A stretch of 64,000 nucleotides of DNA from Patescibacteria group bacterium (GTDB lineage Bacteria > Patescibacteriota > Microgenomatia > UBA8517). The position numbers and the translations under genes were made by a program. The notes under the pieces were generated by a model. That model had not been told where the DNA came from. It worked only from the letters and a program-made list of their open reading frames with translations, and made no database searches. Position 1 is the stretch's first letter. Each line of letters starts with the position of its first letter. Of the stretch, positions 18,536 to 27,758 are shown piece after piece. Location of the stretch: NCBI GenBank assembly GCA_035692185.1, contig DASSIE010000023.1:8259-72258 (forward strand). The letters run 5' to 3'.

Positions 18536-19621
18536 TCAAAAGGCCCACTGCCCCCGAGTAAAGAGTGTTGCTAAAGAAATAAGTAGTCCAATGGAAACAA
18601 ATCTCCAAATTAATTTAAAACTAGCATTTCTTTCGGCTAGTGCAATTAAAACAAAAAATGGCGGAATGGAAAGAATGTATCTCGGAGTACTTAAGATAAA
18701 ACTGGTTGAAGAAAATAAAATTACACTTAATAAGTAATATATTGCCCAAGATTTCCTTAAAAATTTAAATACATATGGAATTAAAATCCAAGAAAAAATA
18801 ACTGTAATTCCTTCTGCCCAACCAACCATTATTCCAAAACTGTTTAAACTTCCAGAAAATGCAATTCTCCAAGTGTCTGTGATACTGGCTAAGGGGGAAA
18901 CAAAACGTTTTTGCCAATGATTTAGTAGAATGTTTTGAAATTCAAAAGCATTTCCGTATATCAAGTGATTTAGATATAAATATGCAAAAACTGCAACTAC
19001 AGATGGAAAAACAATAATTGGTAAAGATTTCCAACTTTTGTTTTTACTCATTAGCCATTCAATTAAAATTGCTGGCAGTAAAAGTATCCCGAATGGTCTG
19101 GTGATAGCACCCAACGCAGTTAATAGTCCTGCAACTATCCAATTGTTTTTTCTTGCTGTGTAAAAAGAAGTTGCGAACAAAAATAAGAATAAAGATTCGG
19201 TATAAGGTGCATTAAAAAAGTATGAGGTGGGAAAAATAGCCATTGCGACAATCGTCCAAGTGGCAATTTTTTCAGAGTAATCAAGCCTGACAAGTTTGTA
19301 AAAGAAATAGCTACCCAAAACATATAAAACCACAGACGTCATTATTCCCACAATGACTGGATTAAAAGAAAAAAGTAAGGTTTTAATTATCAATGGATAC
19401 AGAGGGAAAAATACTATAAAATTGGCTTCATCGCCAATATTTGTATACCAGTGTTGGGCTAGGTAGATATAATGTGGGGCGTCCCACCTGTTCCAGGCCG
19501 ATATTGTAAAATCAAAAAAATTTTGAGAATGATTTTCAGGGTAAAGAAGGGTGATGAGTAGCCAGGGAATAACCAAAATTAGGAAACGCGAGATGATTAC
19601 AAAAATTAAAAGCTTTTTCAT
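18536..19621 (-). CDS. GT-C mannosyltransferase (PIG-V/Mannosyl_trans2-like)
   Basis: RWDAPHY, FFPLYP, YTESLF, TRPFG motifs; start moved to ATG 19621. Confidence 0.8.
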   Translation of the reverse strand: MKKLLIFVIISRFLILVIPWLLITLLYPENHSQNFFDFTISAWNRWDAPHYIYLAQHWYTNIGDEANFIVFFPLYPLIIKTLLFSFNPVIVGIMTSVVLYVLGSYFFYKLVRLDYSEKIATWTIVAMAIFPTSYFFNAPYTESLFLFLFATSFYTARKNNWIVAGLLTALGAITRPFGILLLPAILIEWLMSKNKSWKSLPIIVFPSVVAVFAYLYLNHLIYGNAFEFQNILLNHWQKRFVSPLASITDTWRIAFSGSLNSFGIMVGWAEGITVIFSWILIPYVFKFLRKSWAIYYLLSVILFSSTSFILSTPRYILSIPPFFVLIALAERNASFKLIWRFVSIGLLISLATLFTRGQWAF

Positions 19622-19637
19622 TTCTAATATTAGTATT

Positions 19638-22055
19638 ATGACAGCTATATTTATAGTTTTCATAATACGTTTTTTACTCTCCAACCTCCCCAGCTTTGGT
19701 TTTGATATGGGAACTTGGTTTGGTTGGGCGAACAGGCTCAATTCACTTGGCCTTTCTAAGTTTTATTCTGATACTGATTGGACGCAATACACGCCAGGAT
19801 ATATGTATTGGCTTTGGACGATTGGCAAATTGGGTTGGACAAATGAATTTGCAATTAAAATCCCGGTTTTACTTGCCGACCTTGGAGTCGGGGTTTTAAT
19901 ATGGTCATTAATTCGAAAAGTAAATTTAAAACTTGCTTACTTATCTTTCTTTTTATATACGTTAAATCCTGTTGTTATTTTTGATGGTAGTATTTGGGGA
20001 CAAATAGACGGCTTACTTACCTTATTTCTATTTCTGTCTGCCTACTACTTGATAGAGAAAAAGAATTTTGTTTTATCAGTTTTATTTTGGTCTTTTGCTT
20101 TTCTTATTAAACCACAATCAATTGCGGTTTTGCCCGCACTATTAATGGCAGTTTTAATTAAAAAATTCAAATTAAAAGAAATTGTTATAGCAGGAATAGT
20201 GGGGACTATCACAATACTTATTTTGTCCTGGCCATTTTTTGTAGATGATCCAGTTTTAGGGTTACCACGCTTAGTTATTAAAATGACACAGTATTATACC
20301 TACACCTCAGTAAACGCTTTTAATATTTGGTCATGGGTTGGAATGTGGAAAAGCGATACCCAATTATTCCTCGGAATAAGTCTTGCTAGTTGGGGAGCAA
20401 TTTTGCTTGGATCCTCAGTAGTTTTAACCTTGTTTTCGTTCAGAAAAAAATTAGATCAAAAATCAAACTATTATCTTTTGTTTGCTATTCTTAGTCTTTG
20501 TTTTTTCCTCTTTCCAACTAAAGTTCATGAAAGATATCTTTTTCCTTTTTTTGCATTCCTTTTGACTTCAGCAGGACTCTCTAAATCCATAAATCTTATT
20601 GGTATTTATATTGTGACTTCAATTGCGTCTTTCTTAAATCTCTATTATCCATATTCCTATTACTATCCGACACAACTGCGATCTGATTTTTTATATAATC
20701 TAAGCGAAAATCTGACAAAGTTGGTAGGCTTTGTTTTTCTTATGGCGTATTTTGCACTTTTGTTTTGGGAAAAATTGCCAAAAATTAATTTTCCTAACTT
20801 TTTCTGGCAGAGCCAGATCCTGCTTCGCAGGACAAATACAGGATTTCCAAAACTTTCTTTATCTAAAAAAACGACAAAGATAATTATTGGTTTAATTTTA
20901 ATTTTTGCATTTGCAACAAGAGTCTTTGAGCTAGGTTCTCCCCCAAAAGAATATTTTGATGAGGTTTATCATGCCTTTACTGCCCGATCAATACTAAACG
21001 GCGACATTAAGGCGTGGGAGTGGTGGAATACCCCACCTGAAGGGTTTGCATATGAATGGACACATCCACCGATCGCAAAACTTGGAATGGTATTGGGGAT
21101 GAAAATATTTGGCGAAAACTCTTTTGGTTGGAGAATTCCTGGTGCACTTTTAGGTGTGGGGAGCGTTTTTATGGTTTACTTGATTGCTAAAAGATTATTT
21201 GATGATGAGGCGATTGGTCTTATCGCTGCGGGAGTGTTTAGTTTGGATGGTCTTCCTTTGGTTTTAAGTAGAATCGGAATGAATGATTCATATTTATTAT
21301 TTTTTATACTTCTTTCTATCTATTTATTTTTAAAAGAAAAGAATTTTGCCTCAGCAATTGTTTTTGGTTTAGCACTTGCTTCCAAATGGAGCGCTATTTG
21401 GGCAATTCCAATTCTTGGAGTGATTTGGCTAAGGCGTTTAATCAAAAATAAATCATTCAAAATTTCTACTCTTTGGTTTTTAGTACTTCCTTTTTTGGTC
21501 TATTTTCTTAGTTATTTACCAATGTTTTTATCAAACCACTCGTTATCTATTTGGTGGGAGATGCAGAAGCAAATGTGGTGGTACCACACAGGCCTACGTG
21601 CTACTCACCCTTACAGTTCTTCATGGTGGAGTTGGCCTTTTCTTCTTCGCCCAATTTACCTTTACACAAGTGATGAGGTTGGCGGATGGGTAGCTAGAAT
21701 TTATTCGATGGGTAATCCGTTGGTGTTTTGGTTTGGCTTAACGTCAATAATTATGAGTTTTATTTACGCTCGCGTTGAGCGAAATAAAAATTTGGGTTTT
21801 GTAGTTTTTTCCTATTTAATATTTTTTGTACCCTGGGCCCTCTCGCCTAGAATAATGTTTTTGTATCACTACCTTCCATCCATTCCATTCATGTGTATTG
21901 CAATTGCTTATGTTTTGCGCCGTAATCCTAAATTGATATTGGGCTATCTGCTTATTTGTTTATTGGTATTTATTTATTTCTATCCACATTGGGCCGGGCT
22001 TCAAGTCCCACTTTGGCTAGACAAAAGTTACTATTGGATTGGAAGTTGGAGATAA
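19638..22055 (+). CDS. Two-domain GT-C protein: GT87/ALG6-like domain fused to protein O-mannosyltransferase (GT39/PMT)
   Basis: N-half WGQID, KPQ, HERY; C-half YFDEVYH, HPP, GWR, HPYSSSWWSWP, FLYHYLP; start uncertain (19593 or 19638). Confidence 0.8.
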   Translation: MTAIFIVFIIRFLLSNLPSFGFDMGTWFGWANRLNSLGLSKFYSDTDWTQYTPGYMYWLWTIGKLGWTNEFAIKIPVLLADLGVGVLIWSLIRKVNLKLAYLSFFLYTLNPVVIFDGSIWGQIDGLLTLFLFLSAYYLIEKKNFVLSVLFWSFAFLIKPQSIAVLPALLMAVLIKKFKLKEIVIAGIVGTITILILSWPFFVDDPVLGLPRLVIKMTQYYTYTSVNAFNIWSWVGMWKSDTQLFLGISLASWGAILLGSSVVLTLFSFRKKLDQKSNYYLLFAILSLCFFLFPTKVHERYLFPFFAFLLTSAGLSKSINLIGIYIVTSIASFLNLYYPYSYYYPTQLRSDFLYNLSENLTKLVGFVFLMAYFALLFWEKLPKINFPNFFWQSQILLRRTNTGFPKLSLSKKTTKIIIGLILIFAFATRVFELGSPPKEYFDEVYHAFTARSILNGDIKAWEWWNTPPEGFAYEWTHPPIAKLGMVLGMKIFGENSFGWRIPGALLGVGSVFMVYLIAKRLFDDEAIGLIAAGVFSLDGLPLVLSRIGMNDSYLLFFILLSIYLFLKEKNFASAIVFGLALASKWSAIWAIPILGVIWLRRLIKNKSFKISTLWFLVLPFLVYFLSYLPMFLSNHSLSIWWEMQKQMWWYHTGLRATHPYSSSWWSWPFLLRPIYLYTSDEVGGWVARIYSMGNPLVFWFGLTSIIMSFIYARVERNKNLGFVVFSYLIFFVPWALSPRIMFLYHYLPSIPFMCIAIAYVLRRNPKLILGYLLICLLVFIYFYPHWAGLQVPLWLDKSYYWIGSWR

Positions 22056-22070
22056 TAGTTGGTGTACTGA

Positions 22071-22358
22071 TTATGCTGGTTTCAAATAAAAATCCCCTTT
22101 TGCTAGTAAAAAAATAAGTAGCCCCAAAGCAATAATTACTATAAAAAAATAACCAATAGACCAAGCGCCACCTTGTGGGAAAAAAAGATCGAAAGGGTAA
22201 GAAGAAAAAATAATAGTTTTTAACTTTTTCAGAGAATTTGTAGTTACATAAAAAACAAAACAAAATATCGCAATTAATATAACCCCTGCGATTATGTTTA
22301 CATAATTTGTTTTTAAAAATTGAATGACTGGGGAGATTAGTAAAGATAATTTATTCAT
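22071..22358 (-). CDS. Small membrane protein
   Basis: Two hydrophobic segments. Confidence 0.55.
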   Translation of the reverse strand: MNKLSLLISPVIQFLKTNYVNIIAGVILIAIFCFVFYVTTNSLKKLKTIIFSSYPFDLFFPQGGAWSIGYFFIVIIALGLLIFLLAKGDFYLKPA

Positions 22359-22371
22359 AATCAACTACTGC

Positions 22372-23031
22372 TTAGAGAGCAATTAGAAGCGAAGTTAATA
22401 TTACAAATATTCCCAGTGTGGCACCCACGATTGTTGGCCAAGTGGTACCTGATTGTGGCAAGGTTGGGGCTGGAGTCCCGGTTGGTCCAGGAGTGCCTGA
22501 ACAAGCACAGTTTGCGCTTGTGGTACAAGATGGGTTTCTACAGAAACCCTGTGAACAAATTAATCCATTTGCACAATTACTATTACTTCCGCAAGTTCCA
22601 TTACATGAGTTTGGAGTTGGTACCGGTGTTGCAGTAGGCGTTGCTGTTGCACAAGTACAATCTGCCTCGGTTAAGCATTGTGTATTCCTGCAGTTTCCAG
22701 TTGTTGCACCAGTTGGAATGTTACAAGTTAATCCAGATGAACACTGAGCGCTTGTTGTACAGACATCATTACATTGTGGAACTGGAGTAGCCGTTGGTGT
22801 TGGGCTTGGCGACGCCGTAGCCACAAGTGAAAAAGTTAGGACACAAGAAGATGGGGGAACTGTTGGCGTTACCTCTTGTGCCTTTGGAATACTGCTAGGC
22901 ACATTAGGGGCCACTGGTTGGCTCCTTAATTGGTAAAGTCTAATGGCCGTAAAAATAGCAACTCCCGCTAGCACTAGGGTTGCTAAAATTATTAAAAATG
23001 TTCCTACTTTACCTTTAAAAAAATTTTTCAT
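22372..23031 (-). CDS. Cys-rich, Pro/Thr-rich surface protein with LPxTG-like (LPQSG) sorting signal
   Basis: N-terminal TM, two 8-Cys modules, PT linkers, LPQSG followed by C-terminal hydrophobic segment. Confidence 0.75.
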   Translation of the reverse strand: MKNFFKGKVGTFLIILATLVLAGVAIFTAIRLYQLRSQPVAPNVPSSIPKAQEVTPTVPPSSCVLTFSLVATASPSPTPTATPVPQCNDVCTTSAQCSSGLTCNIPTGATTGNCRNTQCLTEADCTCATATPTATPVPTPNSCNGTCGSNSNCANGLICSQGFCRNPSCTTSANCACSGTPGPTGTPAPTLPQSGTTWPTIVGATLGIFVILTSLLIAL

Positions 23032-23074
23032 GCTATTTTGGCTATCTTTAAGTTTACTTTAGACCGCTCCAAAT

Positions 23075-24439
23075 TTATTTATAACCCAAAGTTACGTGAT
23101 GAATTTGGGCTGATATATTAAACGTTGTTACTGCAGCTGGAATTGTATAAGCCTGACAAAAATCTTGTGTAGTTGGTCTTTTGGTTGTTGTTTCAGTTTG
23201 GGCGACTCCATTAATTGTAAATTTAGCCTTATCAAAGGCAGATCCATCGCTAGCAGATCCTACAACACAGAAGTTAACAGCTGTAGTTGGAGCTAGAGCC
23301 GAAAGTTGCGCCGCGGTAAGCGCTGTCCAAGTAGCAGAATAGGCTTTTATGTTCTGACACTGGGCAGTGAGTGTTGTTGTTTCTTCCCCACCTGAAGTAC
23401 AAGGCACAACTGTTGTTTTAAATCCTTGGCATGCAGTGTCGGTTTGAATAGTTCCACAGAAATTTGTTGGACGATTGTTTAAGTTTTGCTGACAACCACC
23501 TGAGGTATCTTGTGACCCAACACAATAATATGTGCTTACGGTTCCACAAGCAGCCCCCCCTGCACCCCCGGAAGTTTGGGAATTGGAAAAAACTGCGCAA
23601 AGCCCATCAGTACCGCCACACTGCGTACTAAATCCTCTATCAAAACAAACCTTACCTTTAGTTGAAGTAGCGCATGGACATTCCGCGGATTGAAATCCTG
23701 ACGGGCATGCATCTTTTGAGCCAACTTCTACGTAATTTGCACCTCTCACAGGTTCAAAATTACATTCCTGTCGCAACATGTCATCGCAAGTTTTGTCCAC
23801 CGGGAGAATACAAAAACCACCGCAACCACTTGGTGTGACACCACACTGTTTTGCTCCCGAGGCACCACAGCTCACAATAGTGGTAGTAGCGTTTCCGTTG
23901 TCATCTTGAGCACGTTCGCTACATCTGTTTGTTCCCTCATTGTAACCTGATGGACAACCACATCCCCCATTAGAAAGACAGGTACCATTGATTGTCGCCC
24001 CTTGATCCGATTTACAAGCACATGCGCCTATTCCAACAGCTTTCTCACTAATATTCTGATCTTGTTGAGTTAAAATTACTCCTCCTGCAACTCCACCAAT
24101 AAGCAAGAAAAGTCCTAATATTGTTGCAATAATTTTGCCGCCGCCAAACTTTTTCTTTGGAGTTGCCGAAACCATAGTTGGGAATGAATCTTTTGGTAAA
24201 TTTTGGGGAGCTGCTGAACCCGCCTTTGCTGAAGCTTCGGCTGGCACGCCAGGTTGCTCTGTATTCTGGAAATCTGGTGGGAGTGGGGGTAGATCTGTAT
24301 GGTGTAAAAAAGAAGGAACCTCAGCTGGCTGTTGAACTGTTGGACTGTTAGGAATCAGCGGAACAACTGGACTGCTGGGGGCAGCTACAGGTGGTGTAGT
24401 TGTATTTTGATTTGGATCTGTTTGATTTGGGTCAGGCAT
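23075..24439 (-). CDS. Membrane-anchored Cys/Gly-rich extracellular protein
   Basis: Pro-rich N-terminus, KKK+TM segment, many Cys in ectodomain. Confidence 0.7.
   Translation of the reverse strand: MPDPNQTDPNQNTTTPPVAAPSSPVVPLIPNSPTVQQPAEVPSFLHHTDLPPLPPDFQNTEQPGVPAEASAKAGSAAPQNLPKDSFPTMVSATPKKKFGGGKIIATILGLFLLIGGVAGGVILTQQDQNISEKAVGIGACACKSDQGATINGTCLSNGGCGCPSGYNEGTNRCSERAQDDNGNATTTIVSCGASGAKQCGVTPSGCGGFCILPVDKTCDDMLRQECNFEPVRGANYVEVGSKDACPSGFQSAECPCATSTKGKVCFDRGFSTQCGGTDGLCAVFSNSQTSGGAGGAACGTVSTYYCVGSQDTSGGCQQNLNNRPTNFCGTIQTDTACQGFKTTVVPCTSGGEETTTLTAQCQNIKAYSATWTALTAAQLSALAPTTAVNFCVVGSASDGSAFDKAKFTINGVAQTETTTKRPTTQDFCQAYTIPAAVTTFNISAQIHHVTLGYK
24219..24248 (+). repeat. Palindromic element family A, copy 4 (antisense to host gene)
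   Basis: CCCGCCTTTGCTGAAGCTTCGGCTGGCACG. Confidence 0.6.
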
Positions 24440-24440
24440 T

Positions 24441-25781
24441 TTAATCTTCAGCTATTTTTAAGATAGCAAACGAGAACAGTAATACTGCTATTCCAATAAT
24501 AGATAGTAGGATAGTTCCCGTCAAGGATCCAGTAACAGGAACAGGTTGAGAGGTAGCAGCTGGGGTAGGGTTTGGTGTACTTGTTGGTTTTATAGTAGCC
24601 GAACCCGAAGATGTTGGTGTTGCAATTATAGAGGGCGTTGATGTAGCAGAAGAAGAAGCTTCAAAGGCTGGTAATTCACTAGCTTGGACCACAAAACTTC
24701 TGGTTAAACTTCGTGTAATTCCAGTTGCGTCAACCCAAGAAATATTAATTGTATGAGCGCCGGGGGCTAGGTTAGCAGGAACGTTCCAATTCCATGAACC
24801 GTTTTTAGGAATTTCAATAACATCAGTTATTGGAGTTTCTGAGTTAACAGTAATTGTAATTGTTTCCCCACCCGGACCTTTGCCAAAAAACTGTGGCTGA
24901 TCTGTAGTTATAACCTCTCCTTCTTTTAAACTCTCCAAAATAACACTAGAAGAAGGGGTGGCGGTACCACCCTCAACATTAAATTTTGATGATGCAGTAG
25001 CGTCTTCTGGTAAATTTAAACTGGCCTCCGGAATTTGTCCCTCCGCGTTTATTGGAAGACTTCTAAAATCGTAAACCTGCCCCAATATTATTGTAGGAAC
25101 TGGATGGGCTGATTGTGGAAATACTTTAGCGGTTGATACGCCGTCAACCCCCCCCACAACTGAAATCTCCAGCAAAGTTTGAGCTGGATCGATCTGGGCA
25201 TAGCTAAGTAAGTCCGTGGTTCTGGTGTTGCCTATCTGGAAAACGTAATTACCATTGTCTGAAGTTAATGTCGACAGAAGGTACCCATTTATAGTCATAT
25301 AAACTAATGCTCTTTTAGCGGGAAGACCTGAAGCATTAATTACTGCACCCGAAACTGTATTTGTATTTTGATTTACATTTAATGTAGGACCAGTTGAGAC
25401 TTCCCAAGCAATACCTTTATTGTCGTAATTTGTCCCGTCTGAATTTATCTTGTAGAAGAATTTTTTACCAGGGGTAAGGCCTGTTAGTGTAATGCTATGT
25501 GTTACAAATTTTTGATCTGCTTCAGTTTCCTTTTCAATTTTTGGTAAGCTGTTTGCACTCTCTCCCCAACTAATAAAATTGAGAGATTCTTTATCGGTAG
25601 TCCAAGAAATAGTTGCTGAATTATCACTTATATTACTCACTCTTATATCAGTTGGTGCGGTTTTAACGTCAGCCCCAATTCTAAAAACCTGATTCATATT
25701 TAAGAAGAAGACTCCAGCAAAAATTCCTACTACGAGCATTACTATTCCTATAATTGTCGGAATCCTATTTGTTTTTTTCAT
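24441..25781 (-). CDS. Fibronectin-III/Ig-like surface protein with VPVTG sorting-like signal
   Basis: SATISWTT..HSITLTGLTPGKKFFYKI (FN3-like), Big-like domain, S/T/P linker, VPVTG + TM. Confidence 0.75.
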   Translation of the reverse strand: MKKTNRIPTIIGIVMLVVGIFAGVFFLNMNQVFRIGADVKTAPTDIRVSNISDNSATISWTTDKESLNFISWGESANSLPKIEKETEADQKFVTHSITLTGLTPGKKFFYKINSDGTNYDNKGIAWEVSTGPTLNVNQNTNTVSGAVINASGLPAKRALVYMTINGYLLSTLTSDNGNYVFQIGNTRTTDLLSYAQIDPAQTLLEISVVGGVDGVSTAKVFPQSAHPVPTIILGQVYDFRSLPINAEGQIPEASLNLPEDATASSKFNVEGGTATPSSSVILESLKEGEVITTDQPQFFGKGPGGETITITVNSETPITDVIEIPKNGSWNWNVPANLAPGAHTINISWVDATGITRSLTRSFVVQASELPAFEASSSATSTPSIIATPTSSGSATIKPTSTPNPTPAATSQPVPVTGSLTGTILLSIIGIAVLLFSFAILKIAED

Positions 25782-26123
25782 TTATTGTGTGGTACCTGAT
25801 TCAGATGCGGGCGAGGAAACAGGAATTGCAGATGGGCTAGCAACAGCAGTTGCAGTTGGTATAGGAATAATAGTAGGGATAGGTGTTGCAACAACAAAGT
25901 TTGAACTAGGAATTTGTGAGTCATCAAGAAAAATCTTTGTATTAATTTGGTTTAAAGTAGCAGTATCTAGGCTAGGAGTTAAAGGTTCTGAAATTTCAGG
26001 TGGCACAACAGGCGCTGGTTTTGTAGCTATTGCTCTATAAACATTAAAACTAACCCACATGACTGCGGTCAGAAGAGTTAAAACAAGAACTGAAATAAAA
26101 TTTGGTATTTTTGTTTTTTGCAT
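25782..26123 (-). CDS. Single-TM Pro/Thr-rich protein downstream of pilO
   Basis: N-terminal TM, low-complexity tail; sits in the PilP position. Confidence 0.6.
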   Translation of the reverse strand: MQKTKIPNFISVLVLTLLTAVMWVSFNVYRAIATKPAPVVPPEISEPLTPSLDTATLNQINTKIFLDDSQIPSSNFVVATPIPTIIPIPTATAVASPSAIPVSSPASESGTTQ

Positions 26124-26139
26124 ATTTATAAATTCTTAA

Positions 26140-26793
26140 TCATTGTCCCAAAAATGGTACCCGACCAGACAACGTAGTAACAATTACAAGACCTTTTTCA
26201 GTAGAGGACGCTGTTATTCCAACAACGTCCATTTTTACAGGAATCTTAATATTTTCAAGGTCTTTTAGAAACAACATTAAGCTTGGATAATCACCCTTTG
26301 CGCTAATTGAAATTGGCATTTCTTTTGCGTTTCCAGGAAGCGGTTTAACATCCCCAGAACTTTTCTTAACAGGAGAAGTTCCTACAAGGGTGACTTGTCC
26401 AATTGAAATTCCTAAAATAGATACATTATCTTTTGCAGCGATCCCCGCCACTTGTTTAGAAATAACGTCTGGTTTAGCAGTAGTTCCAACTGCAGAGTCA
26501 ACTCCAACGATAAGATTTTGATTTTGAGAAAAAACCGTACTCGCGGTTTTTAAGTCATTGATTTTTTGGTCAAGCCCCGCGACTGTTGTTTGTTTTTCCC
26601 GAATCTCTTTTAAAAGACTAATAATGGTTAAGGCGGTTGGCTTTAGGGCAAAAAGTAAAAATATTATTATTGTTGAAAGAGATAGTATAACTTCTAAAAA
26701 CACGCGAAGGTCTGCCCTTTTTTTGTAAAGAGACATTATATTTAGGAAAAAATCCCTGTATCTTAAATATTGTCCTCTCCAGCCTAGTGCCAT
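26140..26793 (-). CDS. pilO: Type IV pilus assembly protein PilO-like
   Basis: TM + coiled coil + ISAKGDYPSLMLFLKDLEN. Confidence 0.7.
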   Translation of the reverse strand: MALGWRGQYLRYRDFFLNIMSLYKKRADLRVFLEVILSLSTIIIFLLFALKPTALTIISLLKEIREKQTTVAGLDQKINDLKTASTVFSQNQNLIVGVDSAVGTTAKPDVISKQVAGIAAKDNVSILGISIGQVTLVGTSPVKKSSGDVKPLPGNAKEMPISISAKGDYPSLMLFLKDLENIKIPVKMDVVGITASSTEKGLVIVTTLSGRVPFLGQ

Positions 26794-26794
26794 G

Positions 26795-27328
26795 TTAAAA
26801 AATAATGTTTACAGTAAATATTGATAGTGACGGATTGTTTTCAGACGAATTAACCTGAGATAAATTAACCTCTTTAAATTGGGGAACAGATTTTAAGTTA
26901 GAAATAAATTGTGCGATTGCAATTTCTGATCCAGCAGTTCCTTTAACTTGCCCTAAACTGTCCTGAACAGAAACTGTGGAAAGCACGATACCACTTGGTA
27001 ATTTGGATGATATTGCATCAATCTTTTCTGTAGATTTAGTGCCTTGGGTAATAAGTTTTACAATATTAAGTTTTGATTGAAGACCTCTGAATTGTTTTTC
27101 AAAATCGGCCTGATTTGAAATCTGGGCGGTTCTATTTTTTATCGTATCGTTTAGGTCTGAATTCTGCGCATCGAGCCAAAAACGGGAAAGAAAGGCGGCC
27201 ATTACAATCATTTCAGTAATGATAACGATAATTCTAAAAGTTCCCATTGCCCACTTCAAAATCCGGCCAACTACCGATGTGTCGAATTCCTCTTGAGGCA
27301 GAAGATTTATATTGCTATTTTTGGGCAT
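26795..27328 (-). CDS. pilN: Type IV pilus assembly protein PilN-like
   Basis: INLLP N-terminal motif, TM, coiled coil, GTA...FISNL. Confidence 0.8.
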   Translation of the reverse strand: MPKNSNINLLPQEEFDTSVVGRILKWAMGTFRIIVIITEMIVMAAFLSRFWLDAQNSDLNDTIKNRTAQISNQADFEKQFRGLQSKLNIVKLITQGTKSTEKIDAISSKLPSGIVLSTVSVQDSLGQVKGTAGSEIAIAQFISNLKSVPQFKEVNLSQVNSSENNPSLSIFTVNIIF

Positions 27329-27398
27329 GATACAACTCACATTCAATATAACATATGAAACATCTCGTCGGAAGGCTTAAGGAGAATGGGGTTTAAGG

Positions 27399-27683
27399 CT
27401 ATTTCTTTTTAGCGACCTTTTTAACTGTTTTTTTAGCTTTTGGAGTAGATTTTGGCATTAACTTAGCAAGTTGAGATTTAATTCTTGCGGCTTTATTTTT
27501 GTGCATAACTCCTTTTTTCGCGGCACGATCAGTTAAAGAAATTGCTTTAGTCACTAAATCTCTGGTTTTGAGTTTTTTAGCTTGTCTTACGGCAAATTCG
27601 AGATTGCTTACAATAATCTTGTTTATAGATTCTTTTTCTTTAGAACTTCTTAGTGCTCTTTTGGCGGTTTTAGTTACTGGCAT
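27399..27683 (-). CDS. rpsT: 30S ribosomal protein S20
   Basis: TAKRALR...DRAAKKGVMHKNKAARIKSQL. Confidence 0.95.
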   Translation of the reverse strand: MPVTKTAKRALRSSKEKESINKIIVSNLEFAVRQAKKLKTRDLVTKAISLTDRAAKKGVMHKNKAARIKSQLAKLMPKSTPKAKKTVKKVAKKK

Positions 27684-27758
27684 GTCGATAGTATAATCGA
27701 ACCAGGATCAGAAGGCAATAATGAGCAGATGGCTTAGAATGCTGTATTATACAAAACT

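Noticed and set aside
19551-19741. Apparent 190-nt head-to-head overlap of two glycosyltransferase genes
   Set aside because: It disappears when downstream ATGs (19621 on -, 19638 on +) are used.
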